DNA of 64,000 nucleotides from the human T2T-CHM13v2.0 reference genome, Homo sapiens, in NCBI RefSeq assembly GCF_009914755.1, contig NC_060937.1. One strand, written 5' to 3'. Positions 46,646 through 62,130 of the stretch are shown here, in pieces (the stretch's first letter is position 1; every line of letters starts with the position of its first letter). The translations under genes and the position numbers were made by a program. The notes beneath the pieces are model-generated. The model had not been told where the DNA came from. It did no database searches and worked only from the letters and a program-made list of their open reading frames with translations.

Positions 46646-47291
46646 TAGGTCATAAAACAAGTCTGAACAAATTTCAAAGAACTGGTATGATACAGATGTT
46701 TTGTGGAAATAAACTAGACATTAGAAATTAAAAACAAAATAACTCCTACTGCCTCCTCTCACCTTTTTCCCCATTACAATTCCACCTCTTAATGTCTTCA
46801 TGTTCTTGATGAGAAGCAGAACGTCCCTACTGTGTTCCATGGCACCAAGTTCCCCAGAACCCGCCAGTCTCTGATGACAGAACATCCTGGACCGCCCAGC
46901 TCCACACCCCAACCCAAGAAGTTCTCTAAAACACTGACCATGACAGCCTGGGGTAGGTTTCCACTTTAACATTCTGACCAAAATTCTCAACTCGATGCAG
47001 TCAGAGTCTGCGCAACCTGGGACCTCGAGCCAAGAAATCCTCAAGTGACCTTACTTGGCAAAACCAACAAAACAACCAAATACAGGTCTCAAGCGATTTA
47101 CAGCTCGGTGCTTAACTCGGTCACCGGCCGAGGGGCAGCCCTCTGGCGCCAAAGCCCCGCCTCTCTATGACGTCACACGAGGAGCCCTGAAGTGGCGGTC
47201 AAGCTTGAGGCGTCATCTGGCTGCGCCTAGTGGGCCGTTGCCTTACAGTTGCTGAGAGGAGGCGAGAGGCGGGGGCGCTAGGGCCGAGATC

Positions 47292-47345
47292 ATGTCTGAC
47301 TGGGAGAGGTTTCCTTGGCAGCAGAGGACGCTAGGTTTGGGATGA
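47292..47345 (+). other. 17-codon upstream ORF overlapping the CDADC1 start codon (ATGA)
   Basis: gagatcATGTCT...GGA TGA, MSDWERFPWQQRTLGLG*; stop at 47343-47345 shares bases with the main ATG at 47342-47344. Confidence 0.7.
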
Positions 47346-47423
47346 AAGAAGCTGGGCAGATGCAAAATCTGGAGAGCGCGAGGGCCGGGCGGTCAGTCAG
47401 CACCCAGACTGGCAGCATGACCG
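47342..47423 (+). CDS. CDADC1: CDADC1 exon 1 coding part
   Basis: MKEAGQMQNLESARAGRSVSTQTGSMT; donor ACCG|gtgagt; phase 1. Confidence 0.9.
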
Positions 47424-48174
47424 GTGAGTGTCCGGGACCCTGCTCCCGCCACCCTACCTTTCGCTCTGCCCTGTGCGTCTCCCGTCATTGAACTCCAGAT
47501 TCCTTGTCTGAGCCTCTTTGCCTCCCCTGCTGCTTTTGGATGTCTCCTGCCCGCCCTCTGCGTGTCCCCTCCGCGGTCGCCAGGACCAATCGGCTCGGTC
47601 GCACTGGCTTTTGAAGTCTCGCTTTTTACCCCTGTTAGCTACTTCTCACAGGACCTAGAGCTGGGGCCTCTGAGGTCAAAGAGCCTGAACATTTCCAAAC
47701 GGCGCTTTTGCCTTGATTTCCAAATTAACCGCACGTGACGCTTTCCTGTATTTCGACTGCTTTACCGTCGAAGGTCAGCGCATTTTTCGGGTTGTGTTCT
47801 AATCGCTTTCCTTTTAGCAACGCCCCATCACAGTCCAAAGAAAAGCTTGCACCACGACGACGTCAGATGCGAAGACTTTTCACAGCTTGCTTTGGGTTGT
47901 CCCCCTCAGCTATGTGTATTAGCTGTACCGTTTTTTCCTGCAGGGTGAGGGCTGGAGAAAGAAGGCTCAACTTTTTAAGTGGAGAAGGAGGTAGCCACGA
48001 CTAAGGCTGAAGCGTCTACTGCTAAGATACCTCTGACTCTCTTGTCCCCTATCTTTTTCTGTGCCTCTTGCGAAAGCAGCTGGGCTTAGGCTGCAGCACC
48101 TAAGTGGCATTGAGATTGGCTCCCTTTTTCACCATTAGTAACAAAGTTTAAAGTGTTTGTCGTCTCTTTTGTAG

Positions 48175-48269
48175 GTCAGATACCAAGGCTTTCTAAAGTC
48201 AACCTTTTCACTCTGCTCAGCCTCTGGATGGAGCTCTTTCCAGCAGAAGCCCAGCGGCAAAAATCTCAG
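48175..48269 (+). CDS. CDADC1: CDADC1 exon 2
   Basis: ttgtag|GTCAG...TCTCAG|gtataa; (G)QIPRLSKVNLFTLLSLWMELFPAEAQRQKSQ. Confidence 0.92.
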
Positions 48270-48739
48270 GTATAATTTGTTTCATAGTTTTTCCCCTTAG
48301 AAAAGCAGTGGTTTAAAATCTGAGTTTATTGCTCCAGTTTCTGTCATACCTAAAACCAAACTTAACAAGGCTTAAGATTTAAAAAATATCTTTATTGATT
48401 AACATGACACTTTATAATTCCCAGCCGTAATAAGTCATCTTCCATTCTAAAAATACTTTCTGAGAATACCATGTTTATCGGGTACTAATGGTATTCATAT
48501 GTCAGTTCGGCTAATAAGATTATTGTCTATACCACATAATTTCCCCCAATTATATATACTGTTGGTGTTTTATCTAGGTAGTTTACTCCTCTGCCACAGA
48601 AATATATAAATTGCCTGGAGATAGAGACCATGTCTTATTTTACCTAGCATATACCCTTTAGAGTCTAGCATTATATGAGTGCTAATTGATTAATGTTGGA
48701 TGGAAGTAGTCTCTTTTTGGATCTTGAAAGACAGGATCA

Positions 48740-49047
<308 letters not shown>

Positions 49048-50431
49048 CAGAAATGTATAGTAAGAATAATCATAAAAGCCAATATATTGGAATTGGAAGT
49101 ATAAACATCCTGCGTCTTTTCTTTCTCCTACCCTTGGGGCAACAAGGGGCTAGGTTCTCATTTTCCTCCATGCTTGGAATGGCATGATGCTAGGTTCTCA
49201 TCATTTCTGTTTGATAATTTTGGAAGCTTAGGGTGTTGGCATTAATTTTTATAGGGGGCCACGGCCATTGGAAAATAGTATTAGGTTAAGTTGAGCATTT
49301 AAGACTTTTTTTAAAACAGAGGTAAAATGAGGGGGGTGGGGCAGAAAATTACACATGGCTTCTCACCACTCTAACAACATTACTGTTAATATTTTGGTGC
49401 TTCCAATCTTAAGCATGAGGTTTTTTATTTTTACTCTTACAAAGTTGTAGTTATATTCTGCATGTACTCGCTGAGGTTTCCAACTTGCCCATAATTCTGC
49501 TGAAAGGTTGCTTTAGATTTTCCGGAGAAAGACTATAAATCCTTAAATTCCCACAGTACTCTTAGGAGACCACCTACTCTTTTCATTTTACTGTGGATGA
49601 GGTTTTGTGCTTGGCACTGGAGACACAAAGCAGAAAAAACATGGTCTTTATTTTCTAATGAGTAGAAACACTAGGCATTTAAACAATTAAAACAGAATTG
49701 GTGGAGTGAGTACATAGTATAAGCAGAGATGTTGGCAAGACTGGGAGCCAGGCTCTATATGGGGAAGTGAAGGAAGGATTCACAGAGAAGGTCGTATTTG
49801 CACTGAGACATGAAGGATTAGTGGACTTTTGCCCAAGCCAAGGAACTCTACATGGAAAAGCTTGGAGCAATGAGAGAATTTGTGGTCCTCAGGCCAGAAA
49901 GTGAAGTTAGGTAGAGGGAAGAGACTGGAAAGGAGCTTGACAATGTAGACAGGAATCATATCATAAAAAGCATTGTATGCCTTGCAAAGGAGTTTAGATT
50001 TTATCTTATCAATATAGGAATTGCATTGAGGAATTTTAACAGGATGTGAGGATATTCGCTTCTCATAATAAAATGATATCTCTTGGTGTAGTTTCCTCCC
50101 CCAATTCCTATGTGAAGTGTTTTATAGATAGTAAAACATTATTTAAAATATTATACATCGTTATTCCATATTTCTCACCCTCATCCCCCCACTCTGGCTC
50201 TACATGTTATTAACGGCTGAGAAAGCTCTTCATTTCCTTCATTAATTTTGAAATTCCTTTATTCCTTCTACTTGTTAATAGTTTAGTATTATTTTATGAA
50301 AGTAGATTTCCAAGCTGTTAGGGATTTTATGTAGTGTTGTGTTTTTTTTGTTTTGTTTTGTTTTGTTTTCAGATAAAATTTATTTTGAAGAGCCAGATTA
50401 GAAACAAATATTTAGAGGTTTAAGACTTTTA

Positions 50432-50810
<379 letters not shown>

Positions 50811-52999
50811 TTAGTTCTGTTTTTTTATATACACGCCACATCCTGTGCTGAAATTAAGTTTTTTTTTTCAACAGGCACAAGTTGTATTTAATTAGTGAGA
50901 AATGACATTTATGTTTCTATTAGGAAGGAATTGATTGGCCAACTAATTGTTGAAGTTTATTTGCAAATAATACACACCCTACTGTTTCCTCATACTATAT
51001 AGAGAAAGCTGTGGATCTGAGAAAACTGAGATGAAGCTTTCAGTTAGCATTTTGTTAAAAAAAATACTACCAAGGAAATTTCAAAACTATATTAGCAACA
51101 AAATTTTATACAACTTTATATCATGTTTAACAAAAGATCAAGGTTATGACTCTCATTTTCTCCCAAGCCAACAACTCTAAGTTTTCCTGGCATCTCATTC
51201 CTTCATCTGGTGGGCACCATGGAAGTTTTCTAAATGAAAATAAATAAGTCTTTTGTTTCAGATATTTTATTTGGGATCTTATTTAGAAATCTGACTCATA
51301 CGCATGTCTATTTAAGGCTTTTAAATGGAAAGTTATAACACATAGAAATGAGTACAGAAGGCATCAAAACAAAGAACATCCATGTCTTCAGAAAGCCAGG
51401 CAACCTGGAACTAGGATTGACTTGGCTATATGAAAGGTTATCACTCTTAGCTCCTGGTCCTGGAGCATGCCCAGCTCCTATTCACTGCATTGGTGTCTTT
51501 CCAGCTGTGCTCCCATACCCATGTGTCCTAGGACTACAACCCTCTCACCATGGTCTTGGGTAGGCCTTTACTTCTGTTCTTACCTACAGGCCTTGGGACT
51601 CCAAGGCACTTGGGGAGGGAGAGCCTCAGGATTACTCTGGCAGTGATCTGGGTGAAAGAGGCTTTTGCATGTTAGCTTGGGAACTTGACTATCATTTTTA
51701 ACATTGTTTATATGAGAAAAATGTGTTTTAAATTCCGAAAAGGGAGATTTACCAAGTATTTAGAACATGATTGTAGGTTGTCAATTACTTGTATATTTAA
51801 TGTCAATAAAGCAGAAGTATATAATTTCATTAGTTCTTCTGATATCATGGCCATTGCAAAAAAGCAAGACCAATGATAGTGTGGGGGAAGAATACAGAAT
51901 GAAAGGGAGCATATTGTACTCCACTTTTATAGTGTTATTTATTGTACAAACATTATCATTGAAACTGAATTTATAGCTGCAACATTTTTAAAAACTATTT
52001 TTTTCTCTTGGATTTCCTTTTTGTACTAGTTAATATCCACATAATTTTGCAGGTAGTTGCAGTCATAGCAGGAACACAATTTTGTATTTGACAGTTTTGG
52101 TACTGTTACAGGGTTGATAAGTTATTAATTTTAAATTATACAGTAAGAATACATCTAAATTTCATATGCATGTAGTATATGCTGCCATTGTGTTTATACT
52201 TGTGGAAATATTAAATTTCTCAAAATGTTGCCCAATTTTGTGCCTAATATTTCTTTACCATTTACTATAGTATATTTTTTCCAGTATTATTTGCACATGG
52301 TATTCTTAGAGTTGAGTACAAACTTTTTCCAATTAAGAGAAAAAAAGTCTTCTTTAAGCTAAAGTAATAAGATTGTTTCACTTAAATTCTTTAGTCTGCT
52401 TTTGTTGTACAGAGTAAATCACAGAAATACCAAGATGCAATTAGACATGTAATTGTATTGGAAATACTGCTTTTGATACTTTACCAACATTTGTCTTACT
52501 AAAAGTATTTTTATGAGTTACCAAAGTAATATATGTTTGTTATTTTTAAAATGGACAGAAGAAAAATTTTATCATAATTCCACCTCCTAGAGACTAATTA
52601 CTTTTTAAAAATTGTTTCTCAGTCTTTTTTCTCTTACTTTCTTTACTTACATGAGATCATTTAACTCTGGATCCTACCCTTTTCACTTAACATAAGAAAA
52701 TACTTATGCTGTAATGCTAGTATAAACATTGGAGCAGCACCTTAGTCTAGTAATTTAGAGTAGCCAGTGGTTTTACAGCCAGCCTGCCTGGGTTCAGACT
52801 CTGGCTCCGCCTCTTACTAGTTGTATAACTTTGGGTAACTCTACCTCTCTGTGTCAGCTTCCTCATCTGTAAAATGAAATGTTACTAGTATATACTACAT
52901 GAGGCTTTTATGAGAAATGAATGAGTTAATATTTGTAAAGGTCTTAGTGCCTGGCACATGTTAGGTACTATGTGTTTGTTGTTGTTGTTGTTGTCTCCT

Positions 53000-53149
53000 T
53001 ATTTATTTATTTGTTTATGTATTTATTTTAATAGAGATGTGGTCTTGCCATGTTGCCCAGACTGGTCGCTAACTCCTGGGCTCAAGCAGTCCACCCGCCT
53101 CAGCCTCCCGAAGTGGTAGGATTACAGGCATGAGCCACCGCACCTAGCC
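53000..53149 (-). mobile_element. Alu monomer (FLAM-like) among MIR fragments
   Basis: Antisense left monomer with (TTTA)n tail. Confidence 0.78.
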
Positions 53150-53677
53150 TCCTAACTCTTTCCATTGTGTCTTCTGGTACCTTATGCTAAAGGCCCTCAC
53201 TGTACTTTTCCAGAACAGAAGCAATGTGGCATAATGGTTAAGACAATGGATCTTGGGCTGGATCTGGCATATCCACTTAATTACCTGTGTGACCATGGTT
53301 GAATTATTTAATCTCTCTCAGCCACAATTTCCTCATTTGTACAATGGGAATAATAGGAGCTACTTTATAAAGTTATAAGGATTAAATGAGATAATTTAGG
53401 GCCTGGTACATGATAAACATGCAGTAGATGTTAGGTACTGTTATTATCATCACTCATATATATAATTATTACCACTACTAGCACCCACATCCTTACCGTT
53501 TTTCCACTGATACCATCACTTCCTCTACTTCCTGTTCTGTCTGAACAGAAACCTCATTCCCAGAACATGGGTTTTCTTATAAACTTCTTTTTGATGGTTC
53601 TTTCTTTTCTAGCATCCAGCACTTGTTTCATAAGACTAGCAGGTCAACATTTACAAAGTTTCCCATTCCTACTTTAA

Positions 53678-54001
<324 letters not shown>

Positions 54002-54247
54002 TATCTCACCTATTTTGGAGCTCACAGAATTCTGTGTCACTTTCTTTGTCTTAATCAACTTACTTCATAGTCACTTTCCTGTTTTCATAAATCATAAGCC
54101 CTGTGAGAGCTGCATCTTGAGCAACTAGGCTGTCATGTAGCAAGGGTTCAATAAGTATTTGTTGAACTAATAAATGAAGGACTTTGGTCCCTGCCTCAAA
54201 ACTTTCTTTCTACTTCAAGTTTTCACTTTTTCCCTCATGGATATACC

Positions 54248-54740
54248 TGTATTCGTTTTCTATTGCTGCTATAACAGATGACCACAAAGTTGGTGGCTTA
54301 AAACAACACAAATTTATTATACAGTTCTGTAGGTAAGAGGTCTGAAATGAGCCTTACTGGGCTAAAATCAAAGTGTTGGCAGAGCCAAATTCCCTTCAGA
54401 CACTCTACGGGAGGACCTTTCCTTGCCTTTTCTACCTGTGGAGATTGTCTGTTTTCCTTGGCTCATGGGCCCCTTCCATCTTCAAAGCCAGCAATGGCCA
54501 GTCAGGTCTTTCATGTTGCATCGCTGACTCTCCCACACCCCTCTTTTACTCATAATGACCCTTGTGATAACATCGGGCCAATCAGATAATCAAGGATAAT
54601 CTCCCTATGTCAAGGTAGGTGGTTAGTGCCTCAGTTCCAGCTGCAAACTGATTCCTCCTTGCCATGTAACAAAACATAGTCACAGGCTCCAGTGACTGGG
54701 ACAAGGAAATCTCTGGCGGGGCATTATCCTGCCTACCACA
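54248..54740 (-). mobile_element. MLT1 (MaLR) LTR
   Basis: attgctgctataaca...ggcttaaaacaacacaaatttatt...ctgcctaccaca. Confidence 0.82.
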
Positions 54741-55140
54741 ATCCCGATCTAATACCTTTGCTACATAGTTCCTTATCTTCTCAATTCCAGTTAATTTACC
54801 TCTATTCCACTTTAGTCATTCATGGCCACACTTTGGACTTTTCCATTACTCAAAACTGCCACAATTCTGAAACCATAAACTTCAGAATTTTATTTTCTCA
54901 TTACAATTTCCAATCCTTCTATGTTTTGGGAAAGTACATAGGGGATAGATTATAAAGGTTTATTTACTAGGTAAAGTAGTATGAACTTGATCCAAACAAA
55001 GTGGGAAGTCAATGTAGAGTTTCATCATGGAAAAAAAAATGGTCAAAGCCAAGGAAGCCAGCCTTTAAATATGGGAATATTGAATTAGTCATATGTCTTA
55101 TGTGCTAATCTTTTTTTTTCCTTAATCTGATTTTTATTAG

Positions 55141-55215
55141 AAAAATGAAGAGGGAAAGCATGGACCCTTAGGAGATAATGAAGAGAGGACCAGAGTATCT
55201 ACTGACAAAAGACAG
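55141..55215 (+). CDS. CDADC1: CDADC1 exon 3 (75 nt, symmetric phase 0)
   Basis: ttattag|AAA...AGACAG|gtaaat; KNEEGKHGPLGDNEERTRVSTDKRQ. Confidence 0.88.
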
Positions 55216-55479
55216 GTAAATTTTTATGATTTCACATATATATGCTCATAATAACAAAGCAAAAGGAATAGTATAAAGTAGAATAAAAGTGCCTCCATTT
55301 CTACTATCAAGGGAGTTTTTAAAATACTCTTCTAAAAATGGTCTGTATATTTACAAGACTATATGTCACTCCTTTTTTTAAAAAAAAAAAAGTACAGATG
55401 GGATTATTCTATGCTACATCCTACATCTTGCTTTAAAAAAAAAAAAACTCTTGATGGTTCATATAGATGTGTTAAGAAA

Positions 55480-55925
55480 TACTCTCCCTTAGTTCTCTCA
55501 CACTCCCACACACCTTGCTGGGTATGCCAAGAATGCAAGGCCCTAACCATTTTTTACCTGGGTCATTTCTCAGAGTTGTGTTTGCAGTGATCAACCCTGA
55601 AGGTTGAGGTAATATCTCCCTCCAGGACAAAAAGCAATCTGGCTTACTTTCTGCTGTGAAACAGTAGGACCCTCAAGCTCAGTGTTCCTCTCCTATAACA
55701 CTACCCACCCTGTGTCCAGGCAGCCATCTGTGCCCATTTGTATTACCCCTCATGGGGCTTGAGGGCAGGAAACAGAAATGATGCTCATACTGACTACTGT
55801 GCTGCAAATAATAAAGTTCATTGTTTCTAACCCAGAAGTTTCATGTTTTCTGCTAATATCCATGAAACAGTAACAGGTTAACTTATTAGTTGGTAAGTAG
55901 GGTAAAATCAAAGTGCAGACTTGAA
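55480..55925 (+). mobile_element. ERVL LTR (LTR40-like)
   Basis: ggtatgccaagaatgcaaggccct...aataaagttc...catgaaac...gtagggtaaaatc. Confidence 0.65.
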
Positions 55926-56791
55926 AGATGAACCTTGTTCTTTTTAATATTGTATAGTATTTCCTTGTTACTTTATTCCTTTGAGTTTTCCAGAGGTTCC
56001 GATTCATTGGATGCAGAGTGGAGACTAAGCATGTATGTTTTGAAGAGTTACCTTGATGATTCCGATGTATATTCCTAGAGATTTCCTAATTCATTCTGAG
56101 AGTGAGCCCAGTAGGAATATAGAAATAATTTGTCTCAGAATATTTACATGTTTTCATAATAAGAAAGGCCAAGGGAAAAAAAATAGTGAATCACCATTTA
56201 AGTCAATGTACTAGTCCATATACAAAACAGACTGTACCCTTTTGCCCATGTTTTAGTGTAAAACTCTGTGACTAGGATCAAATAGATGACTTGCCAAAAT
56301 GTTAGCGAAGTGAGGCAAAATCAAATTCAGAGCAGCGATTCACTGAAAAGATTCAGTCCTCTGGGAGTTGTGGTAAATGGAAGTGCCAAAATGGAATGCA
56401 ACTTGAGCTTTTATTTGTTTTATTGAGTTTGGGATGGAAAAATCTTTGTCTCAAACTTGGTATTTTGGCCTTACCTAGATGCAAAATGAAAAAATACATA
56501 TTTTCTGAGGTAAAAAGGACTCTAGACAAAAAAGTGATAAATAAACTCGACCCAAAAGATTGTTCTAATAACAAATAAGTTGATGAGTGTGCTTCTCACT
56601 TGATAGGAACAATTTTTTTTTTTATGTTTTGTTCTGGCTTTATTTCTGTCTGTTTAACTAGGAAAATCTAAAGCTGAAATCATTCCCTTGCAGCCACTTC
56701 CACTGGTTACGTTGGTTCAATTTAACAATAGGAGCTCTGTCAAGATCTTTTGATGAGGCAGCATTACTTCTTTTCCAAGATGATACGTATT

Positions 56792-57141
<350 letters not shown>

Positions 57142-58648
57142 CTTATTGAAAGTATTCAGAAATCAATAATAATATATGCTTCGCATTTGAGGAGCATAAA
57201 ACTCAAGAAATTTTGGTAGGGAGGGGAAAGTGTTCACAAATTCAAGGTCAATTTAAAGCTTATTTTAAAAGCCAATATAGATAGGTTTTTCATATTTTAC
57301 ATACATCCTTAGGTACATATTTTGTAAAGCAGAGATTTTTGTATTCCTTTATAAATGTCCTTCTAGTTTAGGAGATGGTTGGTTAACTCAGAAATGGAAT
57401 TCCATAAAATCTTCTCTGTTCCTTCTTTTTTAGATAGTTTACAAATTATTCTCCGTAATCTCAAACATTCATACTCAAAACCGAAACTGAAACTTGACTA
57501 GTTAATATCGCTTTGGTCTGATCCTTAAAGTGATTTCAGATATGCTGTATTGGGGGATAAGTATAGGGTTAAATCCCTTTGGAAGGGGATGGGGAATAGG
57601 GACACCCTCTCCTTAGCCCAAGCTCCCCTCATGTAACAGTCAGTCCCAAGCCCAAGGATCAGGTTTACATTCCTTACTTCAGAGGCTTTTGCTGTGAAAA
57701 CAGCATAGACTGTTTTGTGCCTTATGCAGAACTGACTTTTTTTTTTAACCTTAGTCTGTTTTATCTGATATTGTTATACCAGCTTTGATTAGTATTTGTT
57801 TAAGTTGAGAAACTTTAGGTTCAATAGTAACACAAAACCTTCACTCAAAGAGATCCACTGGAAGTGCTTAGAACCCCAGTCAGTAACCAGTCTGCAGGGC
57901 TTAATTCAGGCTCAGCCAGTCCCTGCTCTGTGGAATATTGCTAAGGTAGCTCAAGCTCACTACTCTGACATCAAGTTCTCTCATCCTTTTTGACACTTGA
58001 TGGTATGTCTTCCTTCTTTTTGTTTTTATAACTTACCTATAGTAGGAGGTGGGACCTAACTATAGTAGTCTAGACTGCCATAGTGCTAAAAATTGATACA
58101 GCCAGTAGTTTCTCAAAAGAAATTGAGAATTATCTTTTCTTTGGTCAATATCTAAAATATTTTAGAATTTAAGATGACCTCTGCTTTAGTTCTGCCTTTT
58201 ACCATCTGTGGGTCTTTCAGAAAGTCATGTAAACTTTCTGGGCTTTACTTATCCATGTGTAAAATCAGGGCTTTATATTCTTTATTACCATCTAGAAGCT
58301 TAATACTAAATGGTACTACACTTAATCCTATAAGAAACAAGTCAAATTGATCTAGTTCTTGCCCTTTACTAGGTTATAATGTATCTAATCTTTCACTAGA
58401 ACAAATTAATGATAATTACATGCTTAATTGTTTGATTAGTAGAGCCTAGGTTTAGAAAATTTCTGGCCTAAAGTCAACACTAAAGTTTCAGAAGCTTTTT
58501 GGATCTAATGAGAAATGTGCTTTGTACAAACTCTGTTTAGATAAAGAATTAAACAAAACTTCCATTTTTATTAATAATTCAAGTATAATCCATAATATGA
58601 TTATTAGGTGTTATAACTAATAAGTTGTTATTTTATATCTTAATGTAG

Positions 58649-58826
58649 GTAAAGAGAACTGGTCTTGTGGTGGTGAAAAACATGAAAATTGTTGGTCTCC
58701 ACTGTTCTAGTGAAGATTTACATGCCGGGCAGATTGCTCTTATTAAACATGGGTCAAGGCTGAAAAACTGTGATCTTTATTTTTCCAGAAAACCATGTTC
58801 TGCTTGTTTGAAAATGATTGTAAATG
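58649..58826 (+). CDS. CDADC1: CDADC1 exon 4, N-terminal zinc deaminase-fold domain (gene continues beyond the window)
   Basis: atgtag|GTAAAG...AATG|gtaagt; VKRTGLVVVKNMKIVGLHCSSEDLHAGQIALIKHGSRLKNCDLYFSRKPCSACLKMIVN with H-A-x...PCxxC. Confidence 0.94.
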
Positions 58827-58870
58827 GTAAGTGCAGAAAAGGGTTTGTTGGGGATTAAGAGTATTTATCT

Positions 58871-59415
<545 letters not shown>

Positions 59416-59521
59416 TATATAAATATATATCTGAAGACAGTTTGATACATTATAAGAGTAAGCATCAGAAAACATGGATTCTGGTCTCATTCATGTCTAC
59501 TAACCTATTAAATGACCCTCA

Positions 59522-59920
59522 GTGTATGAGTAGACTAATGCTAACTGCTATAACAAAACAAAATTTCAGTGACTTATGTACTAGATATTTATCACCTGTA
59601 TAATAGTCCAGCACATGTGTTGCTAAACAACAGGCAGCTTTCTCCATTTGGTTGATTCCTGGGCTAGGCATCTTCTGTCTCATTGCTGTTGTCACCTCTA
59701 GGGCTTTGAGTCCTCTGTATCCAGAGGCAGACTGAGAAAGAATGAGTAGAGAGGGTGAACCTGCTTCTTAAAAACCCTGACCTGGAAGTCACATACATCA
59801 TTTCTGTTCTCATCCATTGTGGGAACTGTTGTTCCCACTGGGCAGCTGTCTTTCAGTGACTACTATACACTTTGGAAGGAGGAACACAAATTTTTAATGT
59901 ATAGCCATCCGTCCACACCA
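59522..59920 (-). mobile_element. Old MLT1-like LTR
   Basis: ctaactgctataacaaa...tttcagtgactta...ctggaagtcacatacatcatttctg. Confidence 0.6.
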
Positions 59921-61462
59921 GGCTATTCACTAAACCTCCTTGTGCTTATGATTCTGTTTTGCACCCAGGTATATGCCGATCATTCTTTCATTTAAAAAAT
60001 ATGCATCTTGTTGCATAGGCATCATGGTAGATCAAAAAACAAAAAAAACTAATGTGGTTCCTAATCTTTACTCTCGAGGTGTTATTTGGGGGCCAAAATA
60101 ACAATTTAATATGATGCATTATCTAGTACCAAATCAGCGATACAGGTTGTAAGTGATATTTGGTCTCAGAGGAGAAATAGTGATCCCTGCAGATTTCCAT
60201 ATTATGAAAGGCTGGGGCTTAAGCTTGATCTTGATGCGTCATAGGTAGAGGAAGAGGAACACATTCCTGGTCAGGGGGAACAGTGTATATGGAGTCATCA
60301 AGTTGTAAGAAGCAAAGTTCTAGGGGTCAGTATTTGAAATGGAGAATTATTCTTGGAGAACAGTGGCAGATGAATTATAGTGATAGTGGAGAACTTTGAA
60401 GAACTGTAGAGCCTTTGGACTTTATCTTATAAAACAGAGTTCCTAGGCCTGTTGTGAGAAAGAGCTATTTTTATTTACAGCAAAGCCTTAAGAGTAATGA
60501 TCAGATCTATGTCAAGGTCAGTGCCTTGAGCTATAAATGGCAGAACTTCTAGAAGAAATGGATCATGTGGCTAGAAACCTCTCGGCCTGCAACAAGTATT
60601 TCGAGCAGGTAGGTATCTGTGGTAGTGATTGGATTCTATATTCTCAACTGCAGTTACCAATACATTGAGAAGATAGGTATGAAAGTGGTGGTGGCATTTT
60701 TTTCACCTTTTCCCAATTAACCAGGCAGATTGGACATGCATTTCATCACTCATGTTCAACTGACCTACAGTTCCTGTTTGTAGGTAATGTGGAGACATTG
60801 AAGATTCTTGAGAAAGATGTAACGTGATTGAAATTTTTGTTGTTATTGCTGTTATTGAATTGGAGCAGGGAGAGATTAGAGATTGGGAGCTTGATTAGTA
60901 GACTATTGCATTAGGCAAGGTCCAAATAGGGTTCAGATGATGACATTGATACAGAAATGAAAGAATGTGAAAGAACCAAAACATTTGTTGGCTGATCTGT
61001 TCCAGATCAAGGGAGAAAAATGAATAAAAGATAGTTGTGCTTTGTGCTGAGCTAACTGTGCTGAAAGCAGTCTTAATAGCCTCGGAGCCACAAATTAGAG
61101 GGAAGAATAGGAGAGTGCAGGTAACTCATCACTGCTTGATGTCTTAAGACATTTCATCCTGACAAAAAAGATAATGAAGTATGGAAAGTCAGGAAGGACC
61201 TACAGTGGAAATGCTTGTGTATTGGTGTTGGACAATATATAAACAAAATTGCTATGTTAGATTAGGCTTATGTATTATATTTAGTTATCTTAGGAAGGGG
61301 GCATGGTTGAACCCCATGCTATAGCTAGATTACTTTAGTTAGAATTGCTATTACCTCAGTTATAAGGCAAAGATTGTTGTAGCACAGTGGTTCTCCAAGT
61401 GTGGTCTGTGGACTCCTGATGGTCCACGAGGTCAATGTTATTTTCATAATAATACTACCTTC

Positions 61463-62130
<668 letters not shown>

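Larger units (their letters stand above)
47090..47880 (+). promoter_or_regulatory. CDADC1 CpG-rich, apparently TATA-less promoter and first-intron region
   Basis: GC boxes at 47154-47163 and 47266-47275; CRE TGACGTCA at 47168-47175; half-CRE at 47211-47215; CCAAT at 47586; CACGTGAC at 47732-47739. Confidence 0.85.
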
